Positions 19,761-26,363 of a stretch of DNA of 43,549 nt are shown in pieces. The stretch covers positions 1 through 43,549 of the forward strand of contig JANOTL010000199.1 of assembly GCA_031416315.1 (NCBI GenBank). The letters are read 5' to 3'. The translations under genes and the position numbers were made by a program. Within the stretch, counting starts at the first letter, position 1. The number at the start of each line of letters is the position of its first letter. Under the pieces are notes generated by a model. It did no database searches. It was not told where the DNA came from and worked only from the letters and a program-made list of their open reading frames with translations. This DNA is from Pseudomonadota bacterium. GTDB lineage: Bacteria > Bdellovibrionota_B > Oligoflexia > Oligoflexales > CAIYRB01.

Positions 19761-21322
19761 AGTTTCGGACGTGGCTGACACTTGCCGTCATCGCCCTGGC
19801 GACGATGCCGCTTATCTTCGGCAGCGTGATGCTCGCGAGCGCGATCGAGCGACAAGCGCGCACCTCGGCGCAGCGCGAGCTGGGGCTGGCCGCGGGACGC
19901 GCAGCCGATGCCGTCGGCGCACGCTTGTCCCTGCTCGTGAGCGAGGCGCGCGCGCTCGGCTCGGACAGCGACATTCACCGCGGCGTGAAGAGTTTGTTGT
20001 TCATGAACCGCGCCGACACCTTACTCGGCGACTTTCTGCGGCGGAACGAGATCGCCGGTTCCGTGCACCTGCTCGACGCGGAGGGTGGACGCTTCGTCAC
20101 CGCGTCTCCGCTGGCGATGCTCGATTGGCCGCTCACGGCGGAATTGAGCGCGGCGATGCCGGGGCCGAATGCCATGCTCGTGAAAGATCCGCAGGCGCTG
20201 GCGAAATGGCGGGGGCTTCTGGTGCGGGAAGGCCGAGCGGTCGAGGAGGGGGAGCCGCCGGTGCTGGCGATGGTCTTGCCGGTGCCCGGGCTTCTAGGGC
20301 GGACGGCAGGGAGCATGGTGATCCTGGTCTCGGCCGGGACCTTGGCGCGGATCGCTGCCGACGCAGCGCCGCCGACTGATGCGATCGAGCTCCGTTGGGC
20401 GGACGAGTCCGTCGCCGCGGGACGGAGCTTGCCGACCGCGACGGCGGGCGAAGCCGGCTCGGACGTGTTGTCCGCGACCGCGGCGATGCCCAAGCTTGCG
20501 GCCGCGACCGGGATTTTGCTTCCTTTGAGCGTGCGAGTCGTCGAGCCGGGCACGATCAGGTTCGAAGAAATGCGTCGCGCGCGGCTTCTCCTCGTTTTGA
20601 CTTCACTCGCGGCGATCGCGCTGGCGGCGGCTGCGGCGTGGCACCTGGCTCGGCGCGCGGTGCAGCACCATTTGTCGGTGCTGACGGAGGAAGAGCGTCG
20701 CAAGGCGGAGATCGAGCGCGCGCAAATTCAGGCCGAGCTCGACGCCATGCGGAGTCAGATGAATCCGCACTTTTTGTTCAACTCGATGAACAGCATCGCG
20801 ACGATGATCGCCGTGGAGCCGAGCGCGGCCGTGACGATGATCTCGCGTTTGGCCGACCTGCTGCGCGCCGTCGTCGATGGCGGCCGGCAGGGCACCTGGG
20901 CGTTGACGCGCGAGCTGGACGTGGTGCGCAGCTACCTCGAGCTGGAGTCCGTACGCTTCGGCAGCCGGCTGGACTGGCGAGTCGAGGTCGCCGAGGATCT
21001 CGGCGCGGCGCAGGTCCCGGCCTTGGTCCTGCAGACTCTGGCCGAGAATGCGGTAAAGCACGGGATCGCCAAGGCGCGCGAAGGCGGTAAGGTGGTGGTC
21101 TCGGTGCTGAGGGATGCGGAGAGTCAGGGATACTGGGCAGAGGTCCGCAACGGCGGAGCGGCGTATACTGGCGACAAGCCGGGTGCAGCCGGCGGCACCG
21201 GGCTGGCAAATACGCGCAAGCGCCTGGCGCTACTCTATGGAACGCGGCACGAGCTCACGATCGAGGGGCAGTCGAACGGCGAGACCGTCGTTCGCTTTTG
21301 GTTCTCGGGGAAGTCTGCATGA
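19757..21322 (+). CDS. LytS/YehU-type sensor histidine kinase
   Basis: ATG 19757 overlaps the binding-protein stop; two TMs around a periplasmic domain; SQMNPHFLFNSMNSI, YLELESVRFGSRL, LQTLAENAVKHG, GTGLANTRKRL. Confidence 0.92.
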   Translation: MKFRTWLTLAVIALATMPLIFGSVMLASAIERQARTSAQRELGLAAGRAADAVGARLSLLVSEARALGSDSDIHRGVKSLLFMNRADTLLGDFLRRNEIAGSVHLLDAEGGRFVTASPLAMLDWPLTAELSAAMPGPNAMLVKDPQALAKWRGLLVREGRAVEEGEPPVLAMVLPVPGLLGRTAGSMVILVSAGTLARIAADAAPPTDAIELRWADESVAAGRSLPTATAGEAGSDVLSATAAMPKLAAATGILLPLSVRVVEPGTIRFEEMRRARLLLVLTSLAAIALAAAAAWHLARRAVQHHLSVLTEEERRKAEIERAQIQAELDAMRSQMNPHFLFNSMNSIATMIAVEPSAAVTMISRLADLLRAVVDGGRQGTWALTRELDVVRSYLELESVRFGSRLDWRVEVAEDLGAAQVPALVLQTLAENAVKHGIAKAREGGKVVVSVLRDAESQGYWAEVRNGGAAYTGDKPGAAGGTGLANTRKRLALLYGTRHELTIEGQSNGETVVRFWFSGKSA

Positions 21323-22098
21323 CGGCGAAGAACGCGATGAACGTCTTGATCGTCGACGACGAAGCGCTGGCGCGCTTGCGGATCCGCCGTTTTCTGGAGA
21401 AAGAGCATCCCGACTGGACGCTACGCGAGGCGCAGGACGGCTTCGAGGCCTTGGCGGCCATCGCCGACGAGACGCCGGGCCTCGTCTTCCTGGACGTCGA
21501 GATGCCGGAGCTCACCGGGTTCGACGTCCTGCACGAGCTAGCGGAGCGCACATTTCCGGTGATCTTCCAGACGGCATACGACCTGTTCGCGGTAAAGGCC
21601 TTCGATGCCAACGCCGTGGACTACCTGTTGAAGCCATTTACTGACGAGCGGCTGGCGCAGGCCTTGGCCAAGGTCGCCAAACGGCCGGCGACGCCGACTG
21701 CGCCGGAGCTGGACGATCTCGAGAAGGAGCTGCGCGGGACCGCGCGCGGCATGACGAAGCTCGTGATCAATGCGGGCCCGAGGCAGAAGATCGTCGACGT
21801 CGGTGAGGTGTCATATTTTTCGAGCGAAAGTCACGTGACCCGCGTGTTCCTCGTCAATGGGCAGGACTACGCCTATGGGCAGTCGCTGACCCATTTGGAA
21901 GAGCGCCTCGATCCGGCAGCCTTCATCCGGATTCATCGCAATGCGATCGTGCGGATCGACGCCATCGTCGCCGTGGAGCGGGGACCGCGGGCGGAGCTGA
22001 GCTTGCGGAGCGGCGTCAAACTGGCCGTCTCGCGAGAGCGCCGCAAGGCTTTGAGCCGTGTTCTCGGCGGCGCGGACGAGGACGGGAAAGAGGATTAG
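21319..22098 (+). CDS. LytTR-family response regulator
   Basis: VLIVDDE, LVFLDVEMP, FQTAYD, AVDYLLKPF, FIRIHRNAIV, LAVSR. Confidence 0.94.
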   Translation: MTAKNAMNVLIVDDEALARLRIRRFLEKEHPDWTLREAQDGFEALAAIADETPGLVFLDVEMPELTGFDVLHELAERTFPVIFQTAYDLFAVKAFDANAVDYLLKPFTDERLAQALAKVAKRPATPTAPELDDLEKELRGTARGMTKLVINAGPRQKIVDVGEVSYFSSESHVTRVFLVNGQDYAYGQSLTHLEERLDPAAFIRIHRNAIVRIDAIVAVERGPRAELSLRSGVKLAVSRERRKALSRVLGGADEDGKED

Positions 22099-22132
22099 CA
22101 AAGTGCTAGAACGGGAGCAGGAGGAACCCGAC

Positions 22133-23017
22133 GTGGAAACAGTCTCGGTCGTCAACATCGCGGCGTACAAGTTTGCGGCGCTAAATGACCTAGCAGAATT
22201 GCAAGGGGAGCTCCGCACCTTGACGACGGAGGCGGCTTTGCGCGGGACGATCTTGCTGAGTCCTGAGGGAATCAACGTCGTGGTCGCCGGCGACCAACGC
22301 GGTATCGACCGCTTGCTGACGCGGCTGCAATTGATCCCGGGGGTAGAAGATCTCGCCGTGAAGACGAGCTACAGCCGGGAGCAGCCTTTCAACCGGATGC
22401 TGGTCAAGCTCAAGCGCGAGATTATCGCGTTCGACGTCCCAGGAATCGATCCGCGAGCGTATGCATCCCGCCGCGTCTCGGCCGGCGAATTGAAGCGGTG
22501 GCTCGACGAAGGGCGTTCTGTGACATTGCTCGACACGCGCAACGCTTTCGAGGTCGAAGTCGGTACTTTCGAAAACGCCGTGCAGATAGGCGTCGACGAC
22601 TTCCGCGATTTCCCAGCGGCAGTAGAACGCTTGCCCGAAGCGCTGAAATCGCAGACGATCGTAACGTTCTGTACGGGCGGCATCCGGTGCGAAAAGGCGG
22701 CTCCGTACCTGGAGCGTGCGGGGTTTCGCGATGTCCGGCAATTGGATGGCGGCATCCTGAAGTATCTGGAGGAAAACGGCGCCGCGCATTTCAGCGGCCA
22801 TTGCTTCGTGTTCGACAAGCGCGTCGCGGTGGATGCGACCTTGGCAGAGACAGGTTGGCGGCAGTGCTACGTGTGTCGCAGCGTTTTGACGCCCGCGGAC
22901 TCCGCGTCTCCGGCGTACTCGGAGGGTGCGTCTTGTCCTTACTGCGAGGACGAGTCTGCACCACGGCAGGATGCGGAACCGGCAAGTGTTTCAACGGTTT
23001 CGCGACGAAAACGGTAG
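22133..23017 (+). CDS. trhO: Rhodanese-domain protein, TrhO/YceA (tRNA U34 hydroxylase) family
   Basis: YKF, RGTILLSPEGIN, VKLKREII, LLDTRNAFE..GTF, FCTGGIRCEKA, QLDGGILKY, CFVFDKR; GTG 22133 follows GGAGG. Confidence 0.85.
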   Translation: METVSVVNIAAYKFAALNDLAELQGELRTLTTEAALRGTILLSPEGINVVVAGDQRGIDRLLTRLQLIPGVEDLAVKTSYSREQPFNRMLVKLKREIIAFDVPGIDPRAYASRRVSAGELKRWLDEGRSVTLLDTRNAFEVEVGTFENAVQIGVDDFRDFPAAVERLPEALKSQTIVTFCTGGIRCEKAAPYLERAGFRDVRQLDGGILKYLEENGAAHFSGHCFVFDKRVAVDATLAETGWRQCYVCRSVLTPADSASPAYSEGASCPYCEDESAPRQDAEPASVSTVSRRKR

Positions 23018-23036
23018 CCAGCCGCGAGCTCACCTT

Positions 23037-23060
23037 GCCGCTGGTAAAGAATTGGCGACG
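23037..23060 (+). repeat. 24-bp direct repeat, copy 1 (GCCGCTGGTAAAGAATTGGCGACG)
   Basis: Identical to 31159-31182. Confidence 0.9.
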
Positions 23061-23264
23061 GCATGCGGATTGACCTTTACCCGTCGATCATAACCGCGGG
23101 GATGCGCCGTCAGCGCTCTGTCGCGGCCCCGCTAGTTGTCGAAGCTGCTGAGCGAGGGTTCGATCCTGTTTTTTGGTAGGTGCGCCGCAATCAGCTGTTT
23201 ATTGAATCAGGGCGCGGCCGCGGGATCACCCCTAACTTCAAGTTGCGCATGTTGTAGCGGTACT

Positions 23265-23343
23265 TAGCTAGACCCTGGCGCGAAAGCGCCAGGGTCTATC
23301 CCGAGCCGCAGGCGAGGGATCTCGGCGATTACAGCTCCGTCGC
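23265..23343 (+). repeat. Left inverted-repeat arm with a 13-bp GAAA-loop hairpin
   Basis: TAGACCCTGGCGC-GAAA-GCGCCAGGGTCTA followed by TCCCGAGCCGCAGGCGAGGGATCTCGGCGATTACAGC. Confidence 0.93.
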
Positions 23344-23544
23344 GATTTGAATCCTGTGCATCCGATCCGCTTCATGCCTCTTTTGCGTTCGATGTCGCCT
23401 CGCTTCGGATTATCTGCCGCAGATTGAAGCCGAGGACAGAGGAGTATCCCGCGGCCAACGTCGCCGCACGGTGTCATGTCGTTGGACGTCAGTCGATGCT
23501 CTGGCGAGACTGGACTTCGACGCAAAGCCCCGAGGACCAACACG

Positions 23545-23847
23545 ATGGAGCATGGCTACGTCTACATTTTGACGAACGACCGGCTGACGGTGCTGTACGT
23601 CGGCTGCACGAACGATCTGCGCAAACGCTTGGTGCACCACAAGCGCCGCCTGATCCCGGGCTTCACGAAGAAGTACAACGTCCACCGACTGCTATACTTC
23701 GACCGCCTTCCAGACATGGATGCCGCGCGGCGGCGCGAGCGTCAGCTCAAGGGGTTGAGCCGGGCGAAGAAGGACGCGATCATCCACGCCGCAAACCCAG
23801 GCCGACGTGATTTTTTTGATGGAGCGGGGCCAGCGACGGCGCTGTAA
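23545..23847 (+). CDS. Small GIY-YIG nuclease family protein
   Basis: GYVYIL..VLYVGCTNDLRKRLVHHK..GFTKKYNVHRLLY..ARRRERQLKG..RAKK..I..NP; GAGG upstream of ATG 23545. Confidence 0.93.
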   Translation: MEHGYVYILTNDRLTVLYVGCTNDLRKRLVHHKRRLIPGFTKKYNVHRLLYFDRLPDMDAARRRERQLKGLSRAKKDAIIHAANPGRRDFFDGAGPATAL

Positions 23848-23911
23848 TCGCCGAGATCCCTCGCCTGCGGCTCGGGATAGACCGTGGCGCTTTCGCGCCG
23901 CGGTCTAGCTA
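23833..23911 (-). repeat. Right inverted-repeat arm; contains the GIY-YIG stop codon
   Basis: Reverse complement of 23265-23343 (75/79 identical); hairpin TAGACCGTGGCGC-TTTC-GCGCCGCGGTCTA. Confidence 0.93.
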
Positions 23912-24023
23912 TGCTACCCTGTTGAGCAGCACTCCTGCGGCGATCAAAAGTTTCTTAGCCGCGGCTCCGCGCGGCCGACTGGCGCGCTGCCCCCGGGGGA
24001 GTCGTGAGACGAGGACGGCGCCC

Positions 24024-25160
24024 GTGATCCGAACCACATTCGTTTCCCGCCTGGCCAGGGCGCTTCGCCGCGACAAAATTCGGGTCCTGTTTGCCGTCAA
24101 GAACGGGTTTAGCCTTGCAACGGCTTGGTCCTTGATCGAAGAGCTCTTAGCGGATCGCCGCTTTGTCGTTCGGCTGACGCCGACACACGCGCTGACTGAA
24201 TCACTCCTGTTTGAAGGTCAAGCGAACAAATTCGCTCCCTTGAAGGTCGACCTCGCGGAAGCTATGGCGACCAAGTGGGACTACATTCTCCATACGCATC
24301 TTCCCTTCCCCGAGAACGAGCACCCGGCCGTCAACATTTACACGCCCCATGGCGGCGCGTTCGGCAACAAGCCATTTGGCAACGACCTCAGCTATTCTGC
24401 TTGGGTGTCCCAGCAGCCCGGGCTGGACGTCTACTGGGGCCTGTCGTCGAACGAGCGGACGCACATCGAGTCGAAGCTTGGCGCCTCGCCGTTCGACGGG
24501 CCCAAAAGGTTCGTCCCCGTCGGCTATTTTGAGATGGACAAGCTGATCAAGCCGAGCCCGTCGGGCGCAAACGTTCTCGCCAGATACGGGCTGGACACGT
24601 CGAGACGGACGATACTGCTGACGTCGACTTTCGGACCGATTTCGCTCTTCGCGACTTTCGGGGCCAAGGCGCTCGAGCGATTGAGCCGGCTGAAGTGCAA
24701 CGTGATCTGCACCGGTCATCCCCACATTTGGACCGGGTACTACGGCGAACACAGTGAATCCGAGCGCGAACTTCTGAGCTCGTTGCGCGAGATCGAGCGC
24801 TCAGCGAGCAATGTCCGAGTCCTGCAGACCCTCGACCTCATGCCGCTGCTGAAGGCGGCCGATGTTTTCGTCGCCGACCACACGTCGGTCATGCCGACGT
24901 ACAACGTGCTCGGCAAGCCGAGCCTCTTTTACCTCCACCCAAAGCAAAGATTCACCGATGACCGCATCGAAACCCTGTACAAGCAAGTTTCCCGGCGGTT
25001 CGAGGATCTGGAGGAGCTCGAAGAGAACTGTTCGCAGGCTTTTCGGCAGGTGGAGTCCCGGACGTTCGCGGCTGACCGAAGCCTCGGGCAATTCGTGTTC
25101 GGCAGCACGCCCGGACACGCCGTAGCCACCGCCAAGAAGTTTCTCCTGAACAGGAATTGA
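24024..25160 (+). CDS. CDP-glycerol glycerophosphotransferase (TagF/TagB-like, GT-B fold) family protein (start uncertain; ORF open from 23922)
   Basis: PHG, VGYFEMDKL, TILLTSTF, GHPH, LLKAADVFVADHTSV..Y..LGKPSLFY resemble TagF-family motifs. Confidence 0.65.
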   Translation: MIRTTFVSRLARALRRDKIRVLFAVKNGFSLATAWSLIEELLADRRFVVRLTPTHALTESLLFEGQANKFAPLKVDLAEAMATKWDYILHTHLPFPENEHPAVNIYTPHGGAFGNKPFGNDLSYSAWVSQQPGLDVYWGLSSNERTHIESKLGASPFDGPKRFVPVGYFEMDKLIKPSPSGANVLARYGLDTSRRTILLTSTFGPISLFATFGAKALERLSRLKCNVICTGHPHIWTGYYGEHSESERELLSSLREIERSASNVRVLQTLDLMPLLKAADVFVADHTSVMPTYNVLGKPSLFYLHPKQRFTDDRIETLYKQVSRRFEDLEELEENCSQAFRQVESRTFAADRSLGQFVFGSTPGHAVATAKKFLLNRN

Positions 25161-25227
25161 CACGTCGTCGGAATACCTGGGTCCGCGGCCGCCGACATGC
25201 GAGGCGGGCGCGCCCCGCGTTTCCCGA

Positions 25228-25974
25228 TCAGCTCCACCTTGCCCGGACGATGATCTTCGGCGAGATAAGCCTGGGACAGAGCGCCATCAAAGCCGTGATC
25301 AGCGGCTTTCGCAGCGGGCGAGGCAGAACCTCGTACTCTTTCATCCAGAGGCCGGGAACATGGCGAACGTCGAGCTGCACGACCCCTGATCGCTCCAGGA
25401 AGCGCCTCAGAGTGTGTTCCGTGAACCATCGCAAGTGCGTCGCGTCCATGATCCCGACGGGAGCGTACTCAAAAAACCCCCGCAAGAGTCGAAGCCGTAC
25501 GGTCCAATGCGCAACGTTGGGCACGCTGATGATCATCAGACCATTTGGGCGCAAGAGCTGCCGACAAGAGTCGAGAAACCGACCAGGGTTGGCGATGTGC
25601 TCGATCACGTCGAGCAAAGTGACGATGTCATAAGCGCCCAGCTGATCGCGGGGCATGTCGTCCACGGACCCGTGGATAATTGACAGGCCTTGTTGCTGCG
25701 CCTGCCCGGCGCGATAGGGGTCGCTTTCTACGCCCGTGACGACGCAGCCCTTCAGGTTCTTGACGAACGACAGAAAGCTGCCGCTTCCGCAGCCGACGTC
25801 GACCAAGGCGCTACCGGGCTGGATCCAATCCAGAATGGCACTGACGGTTTCCGGGGGGCGGGACTGAAACGTGAAGTACCGCCCCTCGTCTGGCGCCTTG
25901 TCCAGAAGGTAAGGCGTCTCGAGCGGTCTACCTGGGTGGGGGGCCAACGCCTCAGACATGTTTCCATCCGGCAT
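25228..25974 (-). CDS. Class I SAM-dependent methyltransferase, glycan-associated type (start 25974 or 25959)
   Basis: LVDVGCGSG, YDIVTLLDVIEHIANP, LRPNG, ISVPNVAHW..G.F.Y..GIMDATHLRWFT. Confidence 0.88.
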   Translation of the reverse strand: MPDGNMSEALAPHPGRPLETPYLLDKAPDEGRYFTFQSRPPETVSAILDWIQPGSALVDVGCGSGSFLSFVKNLKGCVVTGVESDPYRAGQAQQQGLSIIHGSVDDMPRDQLGAYDIVTLLDVIEHIANPGRFLDSCRQLLRPNGLMIISVPNVAHWTVRLRLLRGFFEYAPVGIMDATHLRWFTEHTLRRFLERSGVVQLDVRHVPGLWMKEYEVLPRPLRKPLITALMALCPRLISPKIIVRARWS

Positions 25975-26290
25975 CGTTATGCCCAGCAGGGTGTTTCCTC
26001 GACAATAATATCGTTGTGGCGCGGACTGCAATGTTTCAGCAACTGGTCCGCCAATTGTAAGCGCCAAACGGCCCTCCTTTCCGGGCAGTCCCTGCACGTG
26101 ATCTGATCGCGATGGCGTTCAGCAATCCCACGCCGAATCGGGCCCAGCGGCGTTCAGCAGAGCACCGTTTCATGAACGCGGGGACATCCCGCGGCCTTGC
26201 CGAGCGATCATGCCGCCGGGATAGCATACGGCGGCGCTACCGGCGTCTTCCTGGGTGGAGCGGGACGGGTCGTCTTTCGCTGGGACTAGA

Positions 26291-26322
26291 AGCCGAGGCG
26301 CAGCTCTCGCTGCGCCTCGGCT
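26291..26322 (-). terminator. 14-bp perfect hairpin downstream of the large secreted protein gene
   Basis: AGCCGAGGCGCAGC-TCTC-GCTGCGCCTCGGCT, about 40 bp past the stop at 26364; weak U-tract. Confidence 0.6.
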
Positions 26323-26363
26323 CGGCCCTGAAATTCCGCGAGCGTCGCGTAAGACCTGAGGTT

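Larger units (their letters stand above)
23265..23911. mobile_element. Putative GIY-YIG element bounded by 79-bp inverted repeats (REP/MITE-like)
   Basis: Arms 23265-23343 and 23833-23911 are reverse complements with 4 mismatches and enclose a single GIY-YIG gene. Confidence 0.65.

Noticed and set aside
23052..23068. Sigma-54-like TTGGC..TGC in the direct repeat
   Set aside because: GG-to-GC spacing is one base short of the required N10, and the GC is absent in copy 2
23152..23167. GCGAGGGTTCGATCCT looks like a tRNA T-arm or integration site
   Set aside because: The T-stem does not pair properly and no acceptor, D or anticodon arms can be built
23268..23543. Minus-strand ORF with AADNPKRGD echoing the GIY-YIG C-terminus (possible decayed inverted copy)
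   Set aside because: Similarity is limited to a few residues and nucleotide identity stops at the arm boundary
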